DNA of 33,014 bases, taken from contig FLMG01001247.1 of NCBI GenBank assembly GCA_900088475.1, positions 1 through 33,014 of the forward strand. Direction: 5' to 3'. Numbering within the stretch: the stretch's first letter is position 1; every line of letters starts with the position of its first letter. Under the pieces are notes generated by a model, which saw only the letters and a list, made by a program, of their open reading frames with translations, ran no database searches and had not been told where the DNA came from. Source of the DNA: Hyphochytrium catenoides (Eukaryota; Protista; Hyphochytriomycota). Shown here in pieces: positions 1 to 11,320 of this stretch. A program made the position numbers and the translations under genes.

Positions 1-148
1 GGGGGGGGGAATGATTAAGCACGGACGACCGAGACCGTCATCATCGATCATTGCATCATCACGCTCATCATCAAGCAGCACGACAAGCAACAACAAGAGA
101 AGAAGAAGGGTCCAGCTGCTGCTGAAGACGACGAACGAGTACTAGGCT

Positions 149-1430
149 TCAGGGTCTGATGAAGAAGTGATTAGAGCGCATATTCTTCATAGATGGCCAG
201 CAGAGGAACTCTGGTGGTATGAAGGCGTAAGGCAATCGCCAGGCGAGACCAATTACCATGATGCCAAGAAGCATCAAGAGCAGCGAGCACATTGAAGATG
301 GATCACAAGTAGTTGTCCCATAACACGACAATCGAGCAACAACAGGGCATAATAGTAGCTCCACCGAAAAATTCCCAAACTAGCGGCGGCACATACCGCA
401 ACCCCACAGCTTGACGACAAGGACGACCCTCATTCTTCGTTAGCTTTGCTATCTCAGACAACCGACCTCGCTCGATGGCGCCGGCATGAATTGCGGCATA
501 AGGAAGGGGGGTCCTTCTGGATTCATTGTAGCGAACATTGACAGACACATCATCATCAAATGTCGTGTTGTACTGATAGTAGGATGTTGAGAAGCCACGA
601 ACCAACATAACATCTCCAGGCCTCCTCTGATTGAAGCAGCCAGCAGCAGCAGGAGGAAAAGAAGGTGGTGACGAGGTTAGCGGGAGACTTCTTTTACCAG
701 AGTCCCGAAAAGTAAGCGAGAGGAGAGCTTGTACACGACGGTGAGGAGGCCGCTGATGAGCACCACTGCTGCCACGAGGACGACGACAGACAATACCACC
801 ATCATTTCGGGAAGCATCCGTCGGATGAGAGCAGGTCTTACTATGACAGGAAGCAGGATTGCGCACAAGGGGATCACCCAACAACAAAAAGAAGGGCCAC
901 AGCATCATCACCCAGAGAGCACCAACGACCAACGGAGAAGAAACCTTCAATGCAACCAGGGAATAGGAGCAGCAACCNNNNNNNNNNNNNNNNNNNGCGT
1001 GTGGGAGAGAAGTAGCCCGCAAGCGAGCCGTAAAGGCGCGTCCAGAAGAACAGACGATAGGAGGACCTTGGCAGACATCGACCAAACAAACCTAGACAGG
1101 TGCGGTTGCAGCTGATGCGCTCTAGTAGTAGTAGGGGATAAGAAGAGAGAAGGGCATGTGTACCTGCTCGTCATGAACATCCTTGGCGTTTCAGAAGAAG
1201 GCGTCAAGCAACTCATCAGCCATCGGATATTATCTTTTATTGAAGACAACATAGATAAAATTCTATGTAATGTGGTGGCTCACACGTTCCACTCGCCTCA
1301 CACCGGGTTTTTGTCCCCTTTTTTGTTGTTTTGGTTCTTCTATTATCATTATCTGCGGTGGTCCGCCGCCGCCGTTCGTTATTATTTCACTCTTCGGACC
1401 TCCTCCCGTCGTCGTCGTCATGCATGGAAG
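149..1430 (-). pseudogene. Decayed multi-pass membrane-protein-like reading frames
   Basis: Hydrophobic segments fall in different minus-strand frames (SSPLVVGALWVMMLWPFFLLLG; IPLCAILLPVIV...VVLSVVVLVAAVVLISGLLTVVY; SLLLMLLGIMVIGLAW). They are separated by stops and frame switches that I could not resolve with convincing GT-AG introns. Family not recognised. Confidence 0.3.
978..996. other. Assembly gap (19 N)
   Basis: Run of N in the sequence. Confidence 0.99.
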
Positions 1431-1940
1431 TAGATGTACGTACTGGACTAAGTATTCTCTGGCTAGATGATAAGAGAGCTCATCATCATCGTCATGCCGC
1501 CAGTCGGTGCGTGCGTTACGTACGCGTTCTATGTCAAACTGATGGAATATTATCTACTATCTATATATATTTATAGTTCACGTCCTTCCTTTGACAGACA
1601 TTCTTAAGGCTGCTTGATCGTGACTGGACGCTATCTAGCTGACCTGAACGCTCAGCGAGTCCAACGTAGGTAAAGCTTTGTTAGCCGGTAGTCAAGTGCC
1701 GTCCACCATCATCCCACTTCCTTTTCTTCAGTCTTACGGATGAGCCTAATTTCTTAACATACAAGTCCTTAGATCGGAGTCACGCCTATCTTACTTTGTG
1801 GCCCTTGCATGAGTGACGACATCCTCGACAAAATGCTTGCAGAGCGGACACTTCCAGCATCGGCCGGAGTCCTCTTGTTCTCAGAAAGGGCTCCAGATGG
1901 CTGCTCTCCAGTGCCGGCCGATTCGGTTGCACCGCTTGTA

Positions 1941-3510
1941 TCAATAACAGTAGTGTAGTCCTCCGCGCTCAGAGTGACCTTTTTCTTTGAGGAGGATTCT
2001 GTTGAAGGGATCAAGGAGCATTCCAAGTACTTCCGCTTCACACTGCTGGAAGAGTTCATCAGAATACTCGGAGAGTATTGCCCTGTGTTGCTCCCCTGCA
2101 ACTGGTGCTGATAAGGATGATGTTTGAACCTTGAGAAGTTTGTCTATTAGCTCTTGCCGCAAGCTCATGCTGATGTTGATCTGTGTCAATGACCCAGGGC
2201 TCAGAAAATTCTCCAAGATTGTTGCTGCATGTGTTGCCCTCTTATGAGTGTCGCTGGATCTGTAGGCAAATGCCAACCGTAAGAAGAGAACATTTTCAAC
2301 GCAAAATTCTTTCATAGCGTAGGTCTGGAAGCGCTGCAGAACGTCTGGCTTCTTAAAAAAGACATTCTTTAGCTCCAAAGGGGTCTTCACCGGCTTAAGG
2401 ATAAATTGCATGTCCCCTTCCTTTCTGCGACTTTTATCACTAGTTGCCATTGACCCATTCACTATTCGAAGGCGGCGTTTCTCCTCGACGTAGGAAAGCC
2501 AGATGGGCCTGAAACCGCAGAAGATAGGGTAGCTAAGAAAGCCTATGGCAATGCCGTACTGTCGCAGAAAGGGCTCTGAGCCTCCCACAGTGTACGCTAG
2601 AGCCGCACCCACGATACTGGTCACCAAGAGTGTCAGCGCGAAGTTTTTAAACTGGTCTTTGAAATGGAAGGCCTCTTCTACTTTTCTCAGCTTGAACGCC
2701 CCTAGAAGTATGGCAAACGTCGCGAAGATTGGTCCTGCTGAACTCAAGCTTCTCTGTAGTAGCAGCAACAGGGAGGGATGAAGGTATGTAATAAGGTCGG
2801 TCAAGATCACATAAGAGAACTAGCTTGTAATGTAATAAGTGATCAGCACAGCCGACAACAGGATGCGGAAGCGACTGAAACCTGGCAAGGGTGAGGCAGC
2901 AAAATGGACAAGACAATTGGAAGGCGGTGAAGACCATGTACGCTGCCACTCTCTAGTCCCATACCTGGACGCTGCCATTTGATCTACAGTCGACAGGGTT
3001 GTAGTGTCCAAGGCTATAGTCGTGCAGGTAGCCGATGTTGAGCATAAAGTTGAGGAGAACTAATACGAGAAACACAGCAACTGTCAAGGGAAGATGCAGC
3101 TTCTTCTTTGCCCATCGCGATCGAAAGACGTTCACGGCACATCCTTGGAGGTATGAACTGAACCACACGTAGAAGAATTGTGCCGTCAGACTGGCAAGGG
3201 CGAAAGGCGAAAGAGTTACTCCAGCCAAATACATCTCGCACTTGATGGCGATAGGGAATATGTAGTCCTGGAAGTTGTACAGCATCCCGATAAAAAAGGC
3301 TAGTTGTCCCACAACAACCCAAGCCAAGGGCAGACATGTCAGTGGATACAGCATCCGTCTCTTCCACCAGAGAAGCAGCACAACAACTTGCATTGCTGCC
3401 ATCAAAGTGACAAGCGGAACGGCTGCAATCAATTCTGATGATGAAGACTCAGATCCAGACCCATCATCATCCTGATGAGGAGAAGAGGAGGCCGCTGAAG
3501 GCGCTTCCAT
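1941..3510 (-). CDS. Seven-transmembrane protein with C-terminal RGS domain (7TM-RGS)
   Basis: Exons 3510 (or 3546)-2965 and 2753-1941, joined by a phase-0 intron CAG|GTATGG...CTACAG|AGA. There are seven hydrophobic helices. The RGS box reads LQRFQTYAMKEFCVENVLFL...ILENFLSPGSLTQINIS...LFQQCEAEVLGMLLDPFNR. The true stop may be at 1769 (see findings). Confidence 0.88.
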
Positions 3511-4331
3511 ATTCTTCATTATCATCGAAGAGGATTGAAAATCCATCCAGCCACCGCTCAATCTGATGCTTATTATTCGGATCAGGATAGAGGCAGCAAC
3601 CAATGGTGCTACCGTCGCGATATATTAGCGGCTTATCGCGAGTTTTATAGTAGATATTCTACTGAGAGCAGGAACGAGGAGGAGCTGGACCGAAAAAGCA
3701 AGAGGTGCCGCAACGAGGTCCTCGCTAACTTACGCGCTTCCTACTCATGGTAGTAGATGGAAGACAGGGACCCCTTAACATTGAATGGTGGATGCTCATT
3801 ACCAGCTTCAACTCTTTTATTGACCTGGGTGGTGATCGCCAATCATCACCAGCACATCCCTCTGACGTTGCACTATTATTATTACGTCGCATCATTAGGA
3901 GGAGGAAGTAACCAGGGAACAAAGTAGTAGTGCAACAGCCAAGTTCGCCGGCAGCCAGCACGGGACGGGCGGGGCATCCAAACACAGACAGCAGCAGCCG
4001 CAAGCAGCACACGAAGACCATTATTATGCAACCTCACCAGCCGCCGGCCACTAGCCACCACCGCACTCCTCTCAGAACAATGCAATAGCCCAGTGGTGCT
4101 CCCAGACAGGGAGCCAAAAATAGTCTATGACTATAGAACCAGCGAAGTGAGAAGAGCGAGGAGCGAGCAGCGGAGGAGGAGGAGGACGGCGAAGTCAAGA
4201 GTCCCGGAGAGCTGCTGGTGCGATCGAATAGTGGTGGGCTCCCAAGTCCTCCTCCTCCGTCCGTTACACCAATCCATACTTGGTACTTCATCTACTTGTA
4301 CCTGGAATTGTATTGTACGTGAATCTCGCTG

Positions 4332-4361
4332 GTACTTGTACTTGTACTTGTACTTGTACTT
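4332..4361. repeat. (GTACTT)5 tandem hexamer
   Basis: Five perfect copies in the divergent intergenic region between the 7TM-RGS and transporter genes. Confidence 0.95.
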
Positions 4362-5041
4362 GAAGTGCTGAGGGAGCGGAGCAGGAGTGATCTGAGAGAT
4401 CATCTTGTCCTACTTTGAGTCCCTGGAGGTCCCTCGGATGACTGTGTGAGTGAGCCCAGCAGCAGCAGCTCCTGGCCGGCTCTATTGAGCACTGGACATC
4501 GCATCGAAAGGACATGGGACCGGTGGAGAGCTCAGCTCCAAGGTGGGGCGCCGTGTATCTCTCTACTTGTATCAAATACCAACAGGGCAATCCTCATCAT
4601 CCATCTCCTGCGCCAGTTCCTCTGTGCCAATATACCATCCAGATACATTCCTGACTCCACCCTGAGACAAATGGCTGAGCCTGATATGCTGTAAGGACAA
4701 AACGATACGAATTGTGGGGTTGCAGGAAGAAGACTTCTGGGCCAGATACCTCGCGTGCCCACTTAGCACAAACAAGACCACTCTGTTAGCATCCGCCAAG
4801 CGCTAAGAATTGAGAGGCAGTCGGTAAAGGCGCGAGGTGGATAAGTGATACAAGTGAGTCCGCCGTGAGGCCTTCCGAGACAGTACTCGTCTTTACAACT
4901 CTTTACTTTTTGACAACCCAGCTGCGAGTGTTGCTAGGTGATAGTCTTGGAGGAAGATAACAAGGAGGCTAACGTCTGGTGTTAGGGAACGGGAAGGAGG
5001 AAAGGTCTCATACGCATAAAGGCTTCCTCACTGCTCGTGCA

Positions 5042-6557
5042 ATGACAAGTACTAAGAAGTATGCGAAGCTCGCGTCGGAGCCAGATGAGGAAGCCTCACA
5101 CATCCTCAAAATCCCACAAGCTAACATGATAGAGCCCCCGAAAGTTAGGCAAAGGGAAAAGCCGGCCAGAGTCAGTAAAGCAGAAGGAGCTTTCTGGCTG
5201 ACGGCTTGGTTCTTCCACAACCTCATGATCACAATTTTAAATAAGACGGTCTTCGAGAACGCTAAGTTCCCATACCCATATACTGTGAGTTCCAGCCGAC
5301 AGACCATGTAGCTATATCAGATTCCTGGCAAAAAAGTTCTGACCGACAACTCTTCCATCTTCTCTACCTAACAGCTCACTCTGGTACATATGGTATGCAA
5401 CACTATTGGGAGTATACTTTACATCGATGTCTTCCACCTAACGCAGAGGAAGAAGCTTCGTCCTGCCGAGCTCCAGACTATGTTCAAGTTCAGGTCCGTA
5501 CCTTCTTACGCTATTTTTAGCCATAGTGATGTTGTTTGCTGAGAATATGATGACAGCATTCTTTTCGCAGCCAACATTATCTTTGGCAATCTTAGCTTGC
5601 TCTATGTTTCAGTAAGCCTCCATCAAGGTATGCCAAGTATCTTCTCCGTAGTGTGCATAAACCAATGTAACTTCAGAGTCATAGCTGTGCCATCGTTTAC
5701 CTCTCTTACGACTCCCAATGAGTGTTCTGTATCGGAGCAAAGCGTCGCATCAACGTCAACTTCTTCTGGCTCTGCCTCCTTCTTAGCCATTGAGCCTAAC
5801 TTGCTTGGCACCCAAATATCCAGTGACTAGAGCAACCGTCCCAGCATTCACAATGGTTACAAGCTATTATATCTTGCACAAGTCCTTCTCTTTGCACCGC
5901 AGACTCGCAATTGTGCCCGTTTGCTTGGGAGTAGCCATCGCATGCCTTGGAGATCTCAGCTATACCTCTATTGGCCTCGTCGTCTTATTTATCTCCATCG
6001 TGCTGGCGGCTCTTAAGGTAGTCTTCTCAAGTCTGGTATGTCCTAATGACTTGTCGCGGAACTGTGGTCTGAATCACTGCTGACAATTCGATCCTTGCAT
6101 AGCTGTTGTCAGGGGAACTGAAACTTCACCCAGTAGATCTAATCTTCAACATGGCACCTTTGTCCTTTGTCTGGTGCCTCCTACTAGCTTGGACGTCGGG
6201 TAAGGGTGTAAGCTAGAGGTTTCTGCTCCCTCCCTAAGTCCATTGCCTCTTGCGTTTGCAGGAGAGCTTTCTAGCGTTGTGGCGGAATGGGACAGTTTGG
6301 TCGCTGCTGGATCGCTCAAAATGGTCCTCCTCACTGGAGTCTTGTCTTTTACTCTCAATCTCACAAGTTTCTTCGCCAATCAGAAGACCTCAGCACTCAC
6401 TCTCACTGTGGCAGGCAATGTAAAGCAAGTGGCAGTCATTTTCTTGTCTATCCACATCTTTAGGACCCCAATCACTGTCACTAACTTCACTGGGATTCTC
6501 GTGACAGTATTTGGGAGTGCCGTTTATAGCTATGTTAGCATGCAAGAGTCCTCCTAA
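5042..6557 (+). CDS. Triose-phosphate/nucleotide-sugar transporter family protein (SLC35E-like)
   Basis: Six exons (5042-5284, 5375-5493, 5557-5627, 5824-6035, 6103-6199, 6262-6557), all GT-AG and in frame. Motifs: ITILNK..F..FPYPYTLTLVHM, GNLSLLYVSVSLHQVTRATVPAFT, TSALTLTVAGNVK. Confidence 0.92.
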
Positions 6558-6782
6558 GGGGGCCTATAACCAGAGACGTACAGTTCCAATAGCTGGACAC
6601 TTTCAATGTGTCATATGTTCCGTACGCGCCAGTTGGTTTCTGCTTTCTAAACAATATTCCTTGGCTATGAATGCAGACGCAGCTTGCTCGCTTTCCCTCG
6701 TTTAAGGGCCAGGCTAAGTGGATAAGCAGTCCCCAATATAAACACGATCTCCTCGCTCCATCGACAAATACGTGCCAACTGC

Positions 6783-8345
6783 TCAGATGCCCTTGTTATA
6801 GAAAACAACTTGGTCCTTTTGACCCTGTTGCAGTTCCGGCTCAAGTTGAGACAGCGCAATGGAGCCTTGCTGAGGGAATAACGCGATTGCCCCAGGGAAA
6901 GCAACCCATAGACAGCCAATCAGGACTCCCAGTTCCGTCAAGAAGCGTGGCATTGGTCGTGTAGGCATCTTGTCCATCCTGCGTAATACGGAAAGAATGT
7001 ACGGAGGCAGAAGAAGGACTAAAGGGCAAGGCATTGGTCAGCGAATTTAGCCAACCAGAAAAACGCGAGAGAACTTACTTGGGGCTGGAAGCGCTACTCT
7101 TGTCAGTGCGACTTCCATCAGGCTCTTCTTCGCAGCGACCTTGGACTTTCCGAGCACTCTACCCTCAGCATCAGTAACGTCAATACCCGTCCTGATTGGG
7201 AGGAAGTGAATGCTCAGCATGTACGTCTTTTACGAGGGGAGTTCCCATAGAGAGTTGCAAGTCCTACGTTAGTTCATTTCGACGCATCATGAGGACGTTT
7301 GTTGCTCCAGCCAGCGCAACTGCCGTGTAGGGCACAGTCTGCAAATAGCGGTGAGATAGATATAACGCGGATTCCTCCTTACGCTCTCACCGTTCGCAAC
7401 AGCGTTCTTGCTCCGGGATTGAGGCCCTGCAGCCTATCTACTAGTCCTCCAAGACCGACTGCCGAGACGACCGAGATACCGCTAGCTAACAAATAAGATG
7501 CTGGAGGCAGACAGCAGGTTGGAGGGTCAATCACTCCTCCCAAACAAGAGTTAGGGGTGAACGTAGCCAACGAAAACAGTAGGATCAATGAGATGGAAGA
7601 CGTGGTATGGTGGGAGAGAGCGCACTTGCTAGGTCTCGCATAGACTGAGTTCCAGATATATTCCTGTTGGCAAAGTTGAATGCTGCGTTGTAGGTCTGAT
7701 TTCCCCATTGGAAAAGCACAGTGTTGGTGAGCTGCAGTCAGGCAAAAAGAAACGGTAAGTCTTCAACTGCTGCAGATGCTTGAGCTAGGGTGGCCACCTC
7801 CTACCGTCGGAGGAACAAAGAGCATGCCCGCACAGATAGGAATGTTCACTGGGACAAATGCTGAGATTCTGAACGCCACTGGGATGATCTCGTTACTTTG
7901 CGGGTGCACACAGGCATCTACAACTAATTTATAGAGACGAAGAAAGTGGTCAATAGTGGTTGGATGTCTAGAGATATGGAGGCAGGACCAGGTACCATCC
8001 TTCGCACGCCACAGCTTCTCATCACTAGTCTTGCCCGTCGGTAGCACACCCTTGCGGTAGTCTTCCAGCAACCGCGCTGACGCTCTTATTTTCTCCCTTG
8101 AGTAGAATAACGCCCTATGGGGAACCCGCTTATTAAGTCAACGGCAAACGACGGCTACCTTTCAGGACAAAGTACGGGTCACCTTGGGTTGATGAGGTTT
8201 ACGAAGTGCTGGAACCTCCCAGAGTAAGTGGTCAGATCATATCTGGAACCATCTATCATCATCAACAGAGATTTAAGCAAACATCGGCAGCGATCTGGCA
8301 ACAAGGTCACTGCTACGTACCAAGGCGAAATGGGGGTAAACCCAT
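6783..8345 (-). CDS. SFXN: Sideroflexin (mitochondrial carrier)
   Basis: Multi-exon. The spliced product begins MGLPPFRLDGSRYDLTTYSGRFQHF, contains HPQSNEIIPVAFRISAFVPVN, QWGNQTYNAAFNFANRN and AIALFPQ, and ends VFYNKGI. Confidence 0.95.
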
Positions 8346-8493
8346 TGGAAAGAACTTCCGCAGCCCACAAGAGCTACCAGCTGGGTATGCTTCTTGAAGA
8401 GCAGTAGGTAAACTAGAATCTGTCAAGGAGATAGAGTATAAACCAGCAGCTGGGATGATGAGCAGATGAAGGCGATAACGAAGAAGATGAAGC

Positions 8494-8997
8494 TCAAGTG
8501 ATGAGAGCAGATTCATCCTTGGATGGAGTGAGGAGCTGATGAGTTGAAGATTGGCGGAGTGATAGATCATATCCGATAATCAATTCCATGCCAAATCTCT
8601 GGTTACCGCATTCTTCTCGGTATTGATTCAAGCGGGCCTGATTATTAGTTGATTTGTTCTGAAAGATTTGCCAGAAGCCCGTCAGAACCGGTTCGGAAGA
8701 TCGGTCGAGAACGACAAAGATCTGAGGTGCTTCTCCTGTGAACTTCAAGGACTTTCTTTCTTCGGAGCTTCGTACGAAGTGCTGCAAGAGTAGAAAGCCT
8801 GCCCATTGTACTTGCACTGCTGCCACAGCTCGCTGTTCCGCTTCTTTGTAAATTGGAAAGCAGCATTCTAGTTCTTCAATTTGAGCTCTAACATTAGAAA
8901 GCTCTTCTTTCAAGGCTACGGAGCTTGTCCGGGACTTGTACAAGCGAGGGCGGGACTCAGTTGAGCAGCGCGATAAGCTGACCAGGAGAAGAACCAT
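8494..8997 (-). CDS. Orphan 167-aa ORF, may be non-coding
   Basis: ATG-started open frame with a short coiled-coil-like stretch (LKEELSNVRAQIEEL). No family recognised. Confidence 0.2.
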   Translation of the reverse strand: MVLLLVSLSRCSTESRPRLYKSRTSSVALKEELSNVRAQIEELECCFPIYKEAEQRAVAAVQVQWAGFLLLQHFVRSSEERKSLKFTGEAPQIFVVLDRSSEPVLTGFWQIFQNKSTNNQARLNQYREECGNQRFGMELIIGYDLSLRQSSTHQLLTPSKDESALIT

Positions 8998-9098
8998 ATT
9001 CCGGTGGCAATTCTCTGCGGCAGGGTCAGCACGAATCGCCGACTAAATCAAGCGAGAGCAGAGAGTGAGGACTTTTGCTGCAGGGAACTCAAGCAGGG

Positions 9099-10410
9099 AT
9101 GTACTTCCTGCTAGGCACAGAGCTGTCCTACTATACAGGCAAAGCGAGAGCCTTTCTCCGATATAAGGGAGTCGAATTTCAGGAGGTTCTTGGCAGATCT
9201 CAGATCTACAAAGACTTCATCATTCCAGAGACGGGAGTCTCCTTTGTTCCCGTACTTGTTGCTCCTAAGACAGATGGGATTAAAGTTCCTACTTCAGAGA
9301 GCTTTCAATGCATTCAAGACTCTACAGATATCATAGATTTCATAGAGCAACGACATCCAGAGCCTCAAGTGATCCCCACCTCCCCAAAGCAAAGGTTTGT
9401 CAGTCTGCTTCTGGAGTTCTGGGCTGACCAGTGGCTTGTCATACCGGGAATGCACTTCCGATGGAACTTTGACGAGAATCTCCCATATATATACTACGAG
9501 TTCGGGCGTTCTTCAACAGGCTCAAAGGTGGCCAAGGAATGCGTAGAAGTTGGGAGGAAAGTGTGCAAGCAGTTTCAAAACTCTATGGCCTTCCTGGGCA
9601 TCTCAGAGACCACTGGTCCAGTAATAGAAGAACAGTTTTATCAGCTTCTTGAGGACCTTGCCACGCATCTGTCCCAGCACTCCTACCTACTTGGAGAAAC
9701 ACCCTCGTTGGCGGACTTTGCTCTTATGGGTCCACTGTATGCACACGGATTACGAGATCCCAGAACCAGCGTCATCATTAAGACTCGAGCCCCTTCCGTC
9801 GCAGATTATATCGAGCGGGTAATGCAGTTAGTGGACGCAAGAGATCCACCCCATGCTCTTTCTCGACATGAGCCAAACAAGCCTCTCTTCATCCGTCAGC
9901 GACCTCTGGGGTCTAAGGGTTGGATGCCCGGTGATGGAATACCCGATACTTTGACGCCTTTCCTGAAGACGATATTTCGTGACTTTTTGCCGTTCGTATC
10001 AGCGACGGCCCGAGAGGTAAGCTATAATTCAATATCAGCTCCCGTCAGAGAGTCTCTTATGCACGCTTTCCCACTCCCTTCAGGTAACTCGTTACCTAAA
10101 AGAGAACCCATCGCAGTCTACCCTTCCCCGAGCTGTCGGTTTTCACAGCTTCTCCCTGGATGGGGTAGAAGATGCCAGAGCAGTGCTGCCCTACGATCTC
10201 TGGATGTATCAGAGGTGCCATGATTTTCGAGCTGCCCTTAGCGAAGTGGATAGAAGCGATCTGGATTATTGGCTATGCCAGAAAGTTTGTCAAGACGCAA
10301 TCCACACCTTGGATAGCATTGACCTTTCGCACTGCCGAGTGCGAAAGATTGGAAACCTAATGGGAGTGGAGGACCATTCGACGATGGAAATGAGCAGGGC
10401 ACGATTGTGA
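9099..10410 (+). CDS. Glutathione S-transferase-family protein, long bacterial type, with C-terminal PTS1 (ARL)
   Basis: Exons 9099-10016 and 10084-10410. Motifs: SYYTGKARAFLRYKG, VPVL, QDSTDII, YLLGETPSLADFALMGPLYAH. Ends SRARL-stop. Confidence 0.9.
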
Positions 10411-11320
10411 AAGGAGGATGACGGTTGCTATTATAAGTCTGTCAAAGGTTCAAGCAACGAGAAGAGAAGTAATGAAACCTGCCAACTGAGGCACATGATT
10501 GACAAGACGAGGAGCTTTATAGCGCATAACTTCCAGTCGGCGACAAACACGATATAATTTAATCTGCCCTAGCGATGGTGACATCATCGCAAACCTTACG
10601 TATCCCATGTGCTGGTGGTAAATTTGCTAAAATAGGGGCGGCGTGCAGGCTGCTCCACTGTTTTTATCGTTGCCAAAAGTTCTTGGAAAGCCCTCTGTCT
10701 GAACAAAAGCGCTCTGCTGTCTTGCTCAACCAAGTCAACACCACTCTGCTGCAACGCTGCCCTTAGCCACTGAGCGTCCTTCCGCCACAAAAGACATCCC
10801 CTTTCCTTCAGCGCTTTCTTCTAGCGCTCCATCCAACCTGATGATGCTGGCCTTTGTGGGCCGGCAGCTACTGTACAAAGATTTGAGCGGGATAGAGTCA
10901 ACGACGGAAGAAGGGCAGCGCTGGTGGCATCACAAGCCTTGATGAAGTTTCCTAGGGAGCTGTCCGTTACACTATCTTCCAATCACTGATAACCACTGAT
11001 TAGCTGTTGCGATAACTAGAAATATGATTCGGTTGATGGTTATAAGCTATCATCTCCAGGTGCGCAGAAGTAGCTTTGGTGCTACGAGTACGAGTACTGT
11101 AGAAGATCTCCAGTATCTGCAGATCCGCCAGGTGTCGGATCGTCACAGGAACTCTTTGTCAGCGAGGCCCACAGTCGCTTGCAGCCTCCGCCATCAGCTG
11201 CTGGGTATTACCAAGTTCATTTGCCAAGGTTCACCGCAAATTCCACTGACGGAGGGGGAATCCTTGAGCTCATTAAGCTGGACTTTCGGGCGGGGCTTAA
11301 TGGTTGGGAGCAGGGACGGG

